A stretch of DNA of 31,568 nucleotides from a virus (lineage: Duplodnaviria; Caudoviricetes), in IMG/VR virus record IMGVR_UViG_3300020161_002333, positions 1 to 31,568 of that record. The stretch is one strand, 5' to 3'. A program made the position numbers and the translations under genes. The notes beneath the pieces were generated by a model that was not told the origin of the DNA, did no database searches, and saw only the letters and a list, made by a program, of their open reading frames with translations. Positions 1 to 8,099 of this stretch are shown here, piece after piece. Every line of letters begins with the position of its first letter. The first letter of the stretch is position 1.

Positions 1-99
1 TCTTTTTTATTTTCTTTTTTATTTTCTTTTTTATTTTCTTTTTTATTTTCTTTTTTATTTTCTTTTTTATTTTCTTTTTTATTTTCTTTTTTATTTTCT
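1..99. repeat. 12-bp tandem repeat (TCTTTTTTATTT)x8+, truncated by the window edge
   Basis: Eight exact copies at 1-96 plus a partial copy. The minus strand could read (ENKK)n in one open frame. Confidence 0.95.
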
Positions 100-273
100 G
101 TTCTAAAAAGACCCTTATATGTTGGAAAACAAGCCCCTTCGCCGGAAAGTACCTCACCCCAACTTTTGCTAGGACTCAGATTTTTCACTGTGATTTGAAA
201 ATTTGTCTGGACCCTATTAACTCTGATAGATATTCATATGAATATGGAAATAGTACAGGGGGTAAAAGAAATT

Positions 274-293
274 GCCCCTTAAAGAAAAGGGGT
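274..293 (-). terminator. possible intrinsic terminator downstream of the HNH gene
   Basis: CCCCTT-N6-AAGGGG stem; the minus strand continues AATTTCTTTT. Confidence 0.5.
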
Positions 294-321
294 TTCAAAA
301 ATTTCCGGGAAAAAAATTTTT

Positions 322-1128
322 CTATTGTAATTGGAAATTTTGGGATAATCTGGAATCAACGATAGATTTATATATAGGATGGTTTATAACTTCATCTGTT
401 AGTTTATCACCTTTAATGATATTATCCATTGCCCATAAAGGTCTTAAATTGGTATAATGGTTTATTAGTATTATTTCTTCTTCTGTAATCCCGAATGATA
501 TTGGAACTATATGGTCTATATGCCATTCATTTCTATTATCCCATGACATTCCTTCGACAAATTGTGTTTCTATATAGGTTGAGAAATCGTCAAATGTACA
601 CCCTAATATAGTATATGTTTTAGATCGTTTAGTATACCCATTCGTCAGTAAGCACTTTCCAATAATTGTACGTATATCGCGTTTCAATTTGAACAATGGG
701 TTTTTCTTACATTGTTCTCTGGAATAGAGCCGCATATAGTTTTTAATTTTTTCTTTTCTATTAGGGATATTAGCAATAGTTTGTTCTCTACGTTTTTGTT
801 TACGTTCTAGTATAGAATTGTTATTACACTCTATACAGGTGGTTTTATAACCATCTTTAATTTCATTGGTTTTATTAAAATATATAAATGGTTTATCCAC
901 GTTGCAAACCTTGCATATCTTTGATGTTTTATTATTGAGTGTTATTTTTTTCTCTAATAGTTTTTTCTCTTTAAGTTTTGTATAATACTCACGTTGGTAG
1001 ATATCATCACACTGTTTGCATCGAATTTTAATGCCATCGGTACTGCTATTATCTTTATAGAATTCTGTGTTAGGTTTAGTGGTATTGCATTTATAACAAT
1101 GCTTATGAGTTGGTTGATAAATATTCAC
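322..1128 (-). CDS. free-standing HNH homing endonuclease with N-terminal CxxC zinc-binding repeats
   Basis: C-terminal WHIDHIVP...HYTNLRPLWAMDN HNH motif, four CxxC pairs, GTG start with AAGGAG Shine-Dalgarno (SD). Confidence 0.85.
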   Translation of the reverse strand: MNIYQPTHKHCYKCNTTKPNTEFYKDNSSTDGIKIRCKQCDDIYQREYYTKLKEKKLLEKKITLNNKTSKICKVCNVDKPFIYFNKTNEIKDGYKTTCIECNNNSILERKQKRREQTIANIPNRKEKIKNYMRLYSREQCKKNPLFKLKRDIRTIIGKCLLTNGYTKRSKTYTILGCTFDDFSTYIETQFVEGMSWDNRNEWHIDHIVPISFGITEEEIILINHYTNLRPLWAMDNIIKGDKLTDEVINHPIYKSIVDSRLSQNFQLQ

Positions 1129-1196
1129 GTTGATACTCCTTGTAAGTATTAAAGTAGTTGGGAATTGGCGTTTCGTGAACTACAATCATATTTATC
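1114..1196 (-). promoter_or_regulatory. conserved endonuclease leader, copy A (late promoter, hairpin, SD-sequestering hairpin)
   Basis: 72/83 identical by manual alignment to 29800-29882. Contains GATAAATA, a GTAGTT/AACTAC stem and ATACT/AGTAT around AAGGAG. Confidence 0.8.
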
Positions 1197-1343
1197 TTCC
1201 CTAAAACGCAAGTCCTCTAAATCGTTAAGTACCTTGGTCGATTTTTTTGCGGGGAAAAATTTTTCTTTGTGTATTGGAAAAAATGTATGGAACCTGTATA
1301 ACGCTCTGATACCTTGTGTAGTATGAGAGCGTTAATGGGGTTG

Positions 1344-1643
1344 TTATGATTTTGGTTGGTTATAGGTATATTGAGATTTTGGTATTTGTTTAAATTTTGC
1401 GAATTTACCGTTCTTTCTAACGCCGCCTGAGATTTGGTTTTGTGTACCTGCGTTACGTTGATTGATAGCGATATCTGTACCGTTATTAAAGCTATTGCTT
1501 GGAGTTGTGGATTGTGAACCGGTATTATGTTTAAGTTCCCAATCTCTACCTGCTTTATGTCCTGAGCAGTCTTGTGTACAAGGTCTACCGAAGTAGGTAA
1601 GTTGTTCTAGAATTTCTTTATCTATTAGATCTGTGATTTTCAT
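1344..1643 (-). CDS. hypothetical protein (CTQDCSGH motif)
   Basis: 99-aa ORF packed tightly with its neighbours; MKITDL N-terminus. Confidence 0.7.
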   Translation of the reverse strand: MKITDLIDKEILEQLTYFGRPCTQDCSGHKAGRDWELKHNTGSQSTTPSNSFNNGTDIAINQRNAGTQNQISGGVRKNGKFAKFKQIPKSQYTYNQPKS

Positions 1644-1647
1644 TTTG

Positions 1648-2235
1648 TTATCCTAGTAGTGGGTCGGTTATAACTATTTGATTTTTTCTAATCATTAGGT
1701 TACCGTGGTGTAGATCGACTGAGAAACCTGAGTTAACGATATCGTCTAGTACTTCGATCATATCTGGGAAGACACGTTTAAGAGTAGTAATGACTTCTGG
1801 TGTTAGGTCTTCTTTTGAGTCTATACTGGTGATTATCCCGATGAGTGGATTCATTTTTAGGTTATGTGGTAGTTCTTGAAGTTTTTCTATTCTGACCAGG
1901 TAAGCGTTTCCCAGGAATGAATCTTGTGTAATTCTGAGTGGGTTACCTTTTACTTTTGGTACGTGTGGATTATTTTGGTGTTGTTTTGCGTAGTTAAAGT
2001 AGTGTAGGTAGCCGTTATCGTCGTTAAAGATTTTGAATACCCATGGGTAGTTTGGGTGTTCGAAAGCCAGTCCTGAGACACCTGGGTTTCCAAGTTGATG
2101 GAAGCCTTGTTCTTGGATATAGGTTGAGAATAGTTCTAATTTTTGTTTAACTGTTAGTCGATAGTTTTTGAATATTTCCACAGCTTTTTGGTAGTGTGGG
2201 TCATTTTTATAACCGGTAAGTTCTCTAAGTTTCAT
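1648..2235 (-). CDS. protein kinase-like (PKL/APH fold) protein
   Basis: G-rich loop LGNPGVSG, VFKI lysine, DLHHGN catalytic loop, ITDP metal-binding motif; TAAATA at 2241-2246. Confidence 0.7.
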   Translation of the reverse strand: MKLRELTGYKNDPHYQKAVEIFKNYRLTVKQKLELFSTYIQEQGFHQLGNPGVSGLAFEHPNYPWVFKIFNDDNGYLHYFNYAKQHQNNPHVPKVKGNPLRITQDSFLGNAYLVRIEKLQELPHNLKMNPLIGIITSIDSKEDLTPEVITTLKRVFPDMIEVLDDIVNSGFSVDLHHGNLMIRKNQIVITDPLLG

Positions 2236-2239
2236 AATA

Positions 2240-2461
2240 TTATTTAGTATAACCGATTAGGAAAAATGTTTTGTGTTCTGGTTTATTGAATGCTATGGTG
2301 AGGTTATCGGAGTTATTGATATATTTCCAATGTTGCATATGGTTACCGATATGGTTATTAAGCCAATCTTCTAGGTGATAGATTTCTGTAAACCAAGATT
2401 TTGGGTTATTGATATCGGTTTTAGGCCATTGTATTTTTGCGTGGTATTGAAATTCTTCCAT
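2240..2461 (-). CDS. hypothetical protein
   Basis: 73-aa ORF in operon context, preceded by TAAATA at 2467-2472. Confidence 0.65.
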   Translation of the reverse strand: MEEFQYHAKIQWPKTDINNPKSWFTEIYHLEDWLNNHIGNHMQHWKYINNSDNLTIAFNKPEHKTFFLIGYTK

Positions 2462-2487
2462 ACCATTATTTACATATGGTATGGAAG
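2455..2487 (-). promoter_or_regulatory. start-codon-sequestering hairpin with a late promoter in its loop
   Basis: Perfect 12-bp inverted repeat CTTCCATACCAT/ATGGTATGGAAG. The loop contains TAAATA (minus) and the 3' arm contains the ATG at 2461. Confidence 0.7.
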
Positions 2488-2497
2488 GGATGTAATA

Positions 2498-3007
2498 TTA
2501 TTCTGGTAGGTTATTTAACAGGTTTCTAAGTTTAGAGCCGTGAACATTTGCTGTCAGTTTAGGTTCTTCTATGGTTGAGCGTTGTTTAATGCTTTGAAGT
2601 AGAGCTGACCCTGCTGATTGTGTAGAAGAGTTTCCGTATTCTGGTTCTTGTTCGCAGTCTGAAATTCTAAGTGAATCTATATTGAATTCCAGGTCGATTT
2701 TTTGCCCTACACCTGAAGAGCTACGGGTTTTCATTAATTGTATTTGGTATCTACCGCGTTCGCGCATTGCTCTGGAGGTAAAGATCCCGAATACGTTATC
2801 GGCTGTTTGAATTTTAGAAAGACCGCCTGAGATATGGGAGTGGTCGAATTCTACCTCATCTACTGCACAATTATGTGTAAGTATATCATTTGCATAAAAT
2901 AGTTTATCACCACTTACATTAATATCTATTGTATCTTCTAATCCAATATATTCTATTGATACTATTTCGTCCCATTCGTTTATTTGCTCATTAAAAATTG
3001 TATGCAT
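2498..3007 (-). CDS. 41: gp41-like replicative helicase C-terminal fragment fused to a C-intein
   Basis: 46-aa IntC ending LFYANDILTHN, then CAVDE...SKIQTADNVFGI...QLMKTRSS (DnaB-family C-terminal motifs). Confidence 0.9.
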   Translation of the reverse strand: MHTIFNEQINEWDEIVSIEYIGLEDTIDINVSGDKLFYANDILTHNCAVDEVEFDHSHISGGLSKIQTADNVFGIFTSRAMRERGRYQIQLMKTRSSSGVGQKIDLEFNIDSLRISDCEQEPEYGNSSTQSAGSALLQSIKQRSTIEEPKLTANVHGSKLRNLLNNLPE

Positions 3008-4437
3008 TTATTTATTACCTTTTCTTTATTGTTGTTATAATCTGTTTCCCAAATAACCAGGACTTCATATCCAAGGTTATTAAAGTATTTGTATCTATTG
3101 TTATCATTTTCTTGCAATTGTTTAGCTGTTATAGTTTTGTTAAATGGATGTGGACAATCTTCATCTAAAAATAATGTAGGATTTCCATGAAAAACATCAC
3201 CATTAAATTCAACAATTTTACCATTATAAAATAAGTCTGGACATACCAATGCTTGGTCGATCCATTCGTTTGTTTTTACTATCCATTTAAGTTCATTAGG
3301 GCCATAATAATGCAAATCTGTTATTGTTTCTTTTATAGAATTAAAAAACATATAACTCATTTCTGAATAATAACTATATGTTTTTTTACTAGCAACAGTT
3401 TTCATTTTATGTTTATGTTCACCATATTTTACTAGTCCATCTATTTCACCATGTTTTTTTATAAAATAGTTTATACTAGAATGATCTTTATTTTCTCTAC
3501 ATCTAATTGGACCATCTATTGGCCCATATTGTTCTATATAATATTGCTTTGAGACCTTATATCGTTGTGAATTTATTTTTTTTAAATATCGCTCAGTTCC
3601 TTCCACGTCTCCGTGCAAATTTTTATAATAGTTCAAGTTGTACGTTGGATAAACATGGCCATTATCACGTTTATTTTGATATGTTGTTTTTCTATTTGTT
3701 AGATATTCATTCCATTTTTGTGTTCCAATTTCTATGCCATATCTTTCAATATATGCACCAATGCAAGCACTTTTTTTATATCCAATTTGTTTTGCACGTT
3801 CTTCACCAAATGTGTGTATCAATCGTTCTTTATTAACTGTCGTTGCTTTAGTTTTTTTATTAAATAATTCTATACCCAGTAATTCACCAAATCTAATTAT
3901 ATATGACTTTATACTGGATGAATCTTTACCCAATAATAATATTTTATCATAATTTTCCACCAATATGTTTAATGGGTACTCATGCTTTATATATTGTTGA
4001 ATTTTAGTAATCAACCATTGACGTTTTGATTCTTCAAATTCTATTGAGTTAATCATATCAATTTGTTGATGTGTTAAATTTAATTTTTTTAATGCTTTAG
4101 TGGTATTATATATAGTATTCATCTATTTTCCTTGATTACTATTATTTATCACTGCAACTCAAAATATACATTATTTTTTAATAATTAATTTAGAACCTAT
4201 CTTTAATCCAGATTCAAGCGATTGCAATCCAGCACTGGTTGGAAATTTATGTTTAGCACTGCATTTTATTTTTTTTCCAGATTTGGTGGTAATTTCAAAC
4301 ACCGGTTGTTTTACAATAGGCAATACTTCTAGAACTTGCACCGATTCGGTATTAGATGTTATAAAATCGCCAACCTGTATTTTATCAATAGTAGTTATTT
4401 TTCCGTTAACTTCTATGTTAGTAGATAAAGAAAGACA
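2870..4437 (-). mobile_element. split intein cassette in gp41: IntN (4174-4437, 88 aa), free-standing endonuclease, IntC (2870-3007, 46 aa)
   Basis: IntN starts CLSLST after SQLNR and has CSAKHKF block B; IntC ends THN followed by Cys +1. Resembles the gp41-1 fractured-gene arrangement. Confidence 0.92.
2980..4122 (-). CDS. free-standing Vsr-like/PD-(D/E)XK homing endonuclease
   Basis: C-terminal PDLFY...VEFNGDVFHGNP...GYEVLVIWE; repeated (Y/H)GxxxG units; GATAAATA at 4143-4150. Confidence 0.85.
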   Translation of the reverse strand: MNTIYNTTKALKKLNLTHQQIDMINSIEFEESKRQWLITKIQQYIKHEYPLNILVENYDKILLLGKDSSSIKSYIIRFGELLGIELFNKKTKATTVNKERLIHTFGEERAKQIGYKKSACIGAYIERYGIEIGTQKWNEYLTNRKTTYQNKRDNGHVYPTYNLNYYKNLHGDVEGTERYLKKINSQRYKVSKQYYIEQYGPIDGPIRCRENKDHSSINYFIKKHGEIDGLVKYGEHKHKMKTVASKKTYSYYSEMSYMFFNSIKETITDLHYYGPNELKWIVKTNEWIDQALVCPDLFYNGKIVEFNGDVFHGNPTLFLDEDCPHPFNKTITAKQLQENDNNRYKYFNNLGYEVLVIWETDYNNNKEKVINKCIQFLMSK

Positions 4438-5448
4438 TCTATTAAGCTGACTAGCAGTAACGAATATACAATTTTTTTCCATAGCCAGGTTTCTAAGTTC
4501 TTCTGATACGAATTTATCTTTAATAAAGAGATCAGCTGGGCTAATTTTTTTAGATATAGGCATTAATAGGTCTAGGTAATCTACTAGTAGTACATCTACT
4601 TTTTGTCCGATTTTAATTTCGTATTCTTTCAGGTATGCTCTGATATCGTTAGCGGTTTTACCTGATGGCATGTATTTTACTTGAAGGCTACCTGCTTTTT
4701 TCTGAAGTATTTTAACTTTCATTTCTACTTCGTCTAATTGTTTGAATACATCTTTGGTAGCTACTCCGGTCATCATTGAGTCGATCCTCATTGACACCAG
4801 TTCTTCAGAAAGTTCGAATGTAAGGTAGATTACATTAAGTCCTTGCATAGCCCAGTTAACACCCAGGTTAGCTAGGAATAGAGATTTACCTGCGCCTGAG
4901 CCACCAGCGAATATATTAAGTTCACCTCGATTCATACCGCCGAAAAGTTTATCATCTACTGCTTTCCATCCGGTAGATATTTGTCCATTTTTATCTTTGA
5001 TTTTCATAAGTCTATTTCTAGGACTTTCAAAGTAATCGGTTCCTAGGTCTTTTTGTAGACCTATTTGGACGGCTTTTTTAACTCTATCTTCTACTGTGCC
5101 GTATTCGCCTTTTTCTAGATCGTCGGCTGATTCTAGGATTGCGCGTTCTAGTCCTTTATGTCTAGTGAAGGTCTCGAATTCTTCGAGTAGCCAATCGTAG
5201 TTTGCTTCTTGTAGGTTTTCTGGATATTTGAATGACACCCCGGTAGCGGCGTTAATTATATCGTAGGTTGGCATAACTCCGTATTCTTCAACATGGGTGT
5301 TGAGAAATTGTGCTGCTACTTGTAATTTTCTATCGAAGAGTGTATGGTCGAATATTGACTGGCATCTTACGAATGTAGATGCATCCGACATCATCATTTC
5401 TAGGTAAAGTTTTTGTATATCATATCCATAATCTATATTTTTTTTCAT
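4171..5448 (-). CDS. 41: gp41-like replicative helicase N-terminal fragment fused to an N-intein
   Basis: Walker A GGSGAGKS, LLVDYLDLL Walker B, TASQLNR, then the intein. The spliced product would be 460 aa. Confidence 0.92.
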   Translation of the reverse strand: MKKNIDYGYDIQKLYLEMMMSDASTFVRCQSIFDHTLFDRKLQVAAQFLNTHVEEYGVMPTYDIINAATGVSFKYPENLQEANYDWLLEEFETFTRHKGLERAILESADDLEKGEYGTVEDRVKKAVQIGLQKDLGTDYFESPRNRLMKIKDKNGQISTGWKAVDDKLFGGMNRGELNIFAGGSGAGKSLFLANLGVNWAMQGLNVIYLTFELSEELVSMRIDSMMTGVATKDVFKQLDEVEMKVKILQKKAGSLQVKYMPSGKTANDIRAYLKEYEIKIGQKVDVLLVDYLDLLMPISKKISPADLFIKDKFVSEELRNLAMEKNCIFVTASQLNRCLSLSTNIEVNGKITTIDKIQVGDFITSNTESVQVLEVLPIVKQPVFEITTKSGKKIKCSAKHKFPTSAGLQSLESGLKIGSKLIIKK

Positions 5449-5493
5449 GTTCCCTCATTATTGTTGTGAGCATCCTTGCTCTTAGTTAAAAAC

Positions 5494-5517
5494 TTATTAC
5501 CAATTAACTGGTAATAA
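5494..5517 (-). terminator. possible terminator after primase
   Basis: TTATTACCA-N6-TGGTAATAA stem followed by GTTTTT on the minus strand; AT-rich and weak. Confidence 0.4.
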
Positions 5518-5520
5518 AAT

Positions 5521-6492
5521 TTATATCTCTTTAAACCATTGTTTTTCCCTTAATTGTATTTTAAGGGGATTTGATTGAATTGATTGTACTATCAAGTACA
5601 AGGTAGCGAGTCGTCCTAATTTTACTACACAATCATTGACATCTTTTATTCCGTCTGGATAATCTGGCATGGAGACTGACCATCCATATTCCAGTGCTTG
5701 TTTTACAACTTTTTGTCCTGCTTTATCTCTATCTGGTACTAATACAATTTGTTTATGTATTTGTTGTAGTAAGTAATTTTGTTGATCTTTGATTTCGGAT
5801 CCAAGTAATGCACATCCATCTATACTAATGGCATCTAGTGGGCCTTCACAAACTATGATAAATTTTCTATCATCATGTTGTTTATCTAGGTTGAATACAT
5901 AGCCGGGTTGTTGTTCAGATAGATATCTTGTCTTATCTTCATTTACTGCCCTAGCTGTATACCCTACTATTTTATTTTGATAATAGAATGGTATAATTAA
6001 ACGATTATTAAATCCTGGTCTAGGAGTCCAATAAAAGTTATAATCTTCTAGGTATAATCCTCTATTATTAAGATAAGTTAAAACTGGTAGTAATTTTTCT
6101 GGTACGTTATTGATATAACTTACAATTGGTTGAGCATCTAATGGTAATACTCTATTGTCGAACTTTGGAATTATTTGATTATCCAAAGTCATGGTTTGTT
6201 CATTAAGTAATTTTATTGCTTCAAAACTTAGTTTAGTTATGGTATCATCATTGATACCAAGGTGTCGCATGAAAGCTTTCATGTTTTTACTAAGTTGTCT
6301 GCCAGGTTGCCAACTTGCTTTGAATCCGCAATGAAAGCAATGATAGGTCACCGCATCTCCTTCATTAACGATGAATCCACCGCGTTGTCTTTTATCTGCA
6401 CAGCATACTGCATTAAAACTTATCCACCCACTTGGGGTTTGTTTACGTTTTGCTGGTAGGTATAAATGTAATGTTTCTGGTATTAGGCTCAT
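5521..6492 (-). CDS. DNA primase (gp61-like)
   Basis: N-terminal Zn motif (CC...HCFHCG), RLIIPF...GYTAR, TOPRIM EGPLDA and PDRD, KDVND. Confidence 0.88.
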   Translation of the reverse strand: MSLIPETLHLYLPAKRKQTPSGWISFNAVCCADKRQRGGFIVNEGDAVTYHCFHCGFKASWQPGRQLSKNMKAFMRHLGINDDTITKLSFEAIKLLNEQTMTLDNQIIPKFDNRVLPLDAQPIVSYINNVPEKLLPVLTYLNNRGLYLEDYNFYWTPRPGFNNRLIIPFYYQNKIVGYTARAVNEDKTRYLSEQQPGYVFNLDKQHDDRKFIIVCEGPLDAISIDGCALLGSEIKDQQNYLLQQIHKQIVLVPDRDKAGQKVVKQALEYGWSVSMPDYPDGIKDVNDCVVKLGRLATLYLIVQSIQSNPLKIQLREKQWFKEI

Positions 6493-6499
6493 AAAGCCT

Positions 6500-6528
6500 A
6501 TTATACTATGAAACTATGATCTTGTCAA
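6500..6528 (-). promoter_or_regulatory. consensus sigma70 promoter for primase
   Basis: TTGACA (6523-6528), 17-nt spacer, TATAAT (6500-6505); ATG follows after 7 nt. Confidence 0.85.
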
Positions 6529-7603
6529 TAGTTCCAGAAAAATTAGCGCCGGTTAAAGCAGGATAAAAATTTCCATTATCTACTGCAGTTCCAATCCAAG
6601 TCACATGAGCAATAGAACTAATAGTATAACTTGAAGGAGCGGTTGAGCTCACACCATCAACTGCGGTAACGGTTATAATAAGATCATTTATTCCATCAAT
6701 TCCACCAAGTTGTGATCCTGGTACTTTTATAATTGAGCCAACTGTATAACCAGTTCCAGAATTATGAATTGCAACGGTATATATAGTCCCTGATTGTCTT
6801 ATATCAAATGAGGCACCTACACCATTAACGGATGGGGATTGGTATGATACTCTGAAGTATTCATAATTTCCTACTGGTATATTGGAACCAAATGGTATCA
6901 CACCGGTATATAATCCATCTGCCGATGATTGATTCCATGCACCAAATGGTTTACCGGCTGATTGAAATGCTTGTAGGTTGATAGTACTATTGGTAGTTGC
7001 ATCCAACCAAATAGAACCTGCAAAGTTGGTTACATAAATATCAAAACTCAAGTATTCTGTTGGTACAGCTTCATAAAATTTACAAGGGATAGCACTTGAA
7101 TGGTAAATTGGTACTCCTTTTAAATCTATTTCAGCAGTGAATGTGTTATAAGTTTTTTCAGGTCTTATATTTGGCATTGCATTGCCTACTAGTTCTATGG
7201 TACCAACTGCTCCAAATCTAGCATCTGCATATAGTAGGACATCTTTCCCATTTTTAATTGCAGAAACACTATATTTTAGATATTGATTATCTAGGTCTGC
7301 TAAATCATCTTGTGGAATAGTTACACTTGCTATACCTTTAAGTGCGGTGGGTGTTACGTCATATGGACTATTAGTTAATTCATATCCGCTTGCGTCCATT
7401 ACATTAAGTTTGATTTGGCTTATAGAAGTTAAATCTATTCTTTTTTGATCAGCATTTTTGATATCGAATTCAATCGTATTGTCGATTCCGTTATAAATTT
7501 TTACATTTCTTTGATACACGTTTGTAAACTCCACATTGAATCCTGCAAGATCAGCAAGTAATACTATTCTATTAGGGTATAAATAACTTGATATTTTTTG
7601 CAT
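6506..7603 (-). CDS. hypothetical protein, probably virion structural
   Basis: 365 aa, beta-rich with a GTGYTVG motif; late promoter at 7628-7633 and AAGGA SD. Confidence 0.6.
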   Translation of the reverse strand: MQKISSYLYPNRIVLLADLAGFNVEFTNVYQRNVKIYNGIDNTIEFDIKNADQKRIDLTSISQIKLNVMDASGYELTNSPYDVTPTALKGIASVTIPQDDLADLDNQYLKYSVSAIKNGKDVLLYADARFGAVGTIELVGNAMPNIRPEKTYNTFTAEIDLKGVPIYHSSAIPCKFYEAVPTEYLSFDIYVTNFAGSIWLDATTNSTINLQAFQSAGKPFGAWNQSSADGLYTGVIPFGSNIPVGNYEYFRVSYQSPSVNGVGASFDIRQSGTIYTVAIHNSGTGYTVGSIIKVPGSQLGGIDGINDLIITVTAVDGVSSTAPSSYTISSIAHVTWIGTAVDNGNFYPALTGANFSGTIDKIIVS

Positions 7604-7627
7604 CTAGCAACATCCTTATAATTAATG

Positions 7628-7654
7628 TATTTATCGGAAATGTTATGATAAATA
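7628..7654. promoter_or_regulatory. back-to-back late promoters (GATAAATA on each strand)
   Basis: TATTTATC at 7628-7635 and GATAAATA at 7647-7654 between divergent ORFs. Confidence 0.7.
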
Positions 7655-7678
7655 TTTGGACTTTTTAAGATAATACAA

Positions 7679-8053
7679 ATGACAACATTAAGAGACAATA
7701 TAGAACATAATTTACCATTTATCAGTGTAATCACCTATGGTGGTAATGAGTATATCGGGATCATTATAAATCAGGATCAATACGTTACTAGTTTTTATGA
7801 TTACAACACCATAAAATCCCAAGAGGAAAAAAACTTATTTCTAGAAATTGGAGAAATTTGGTGGTGGGAATCTAATAGACAATTCCCTATTTCTATATTC
7901 TGCCGATCCCAATTACAGCCATTCAGTTATGCAGTTAAAACTTTCAATAGTAAAGATACTCGCATAATTTTAGGTCCAGTAGTTAACCTGATGGAATTAA
8001 CAATTAAGCGAGTAAAACGTAAGTCAATTACTCTTGTTAGAAAATCTAAGTAA
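7679..8053 (+). CDS. hypothetical protein, the only convincing plus-strand gene
   Basis: 124-aa ORF filling a gap without overlap, with an upstream TAAATA. Confidence 0.75.
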   Translation: MTTLRDNIEHNLPFISVITYGGNEYIGIIINQDQYVTSFYDYNTIKSQEEKNLFLEIGEIWWWESNRQFPISIFCRSQLQPFSYAVKTFNSKDTRIILGPVVNLMELTIKRVKRKSITLVRKSK

Positions 8054-8099
8054 AGTTTTTATATATTAAATTCTGAAATACTAAATCAAAAATCACACG

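Noticed and set aside
1-99. CRISPR array
   Set aside because: Head-to-tail 12-mers with no spacers. No CRISPR array, tRNA or rRNA was recognised anywhere in the window.
217-237. Third MNIYQS start (ATGAATATCTATCAGAGTTAA on the minus strand)
   Set aside because: It stops after six codons and lacks the SD and leader of the other two copies, so it is chance or an unprovable relic.
1174-1183. 10-mer GTAGTTCACG shared between endonuclease leader A and the TnpB right end (31315-31324)
   Set aside because: Too short, noticed post hoc, and not exact in leader copy B.
1299-1334. Hairpin TAACGCTCT...AGAGCGTTA as a terminator
   Set aside because: The stem is real but there is no U-tract on the coding strand, so no function is supportable.
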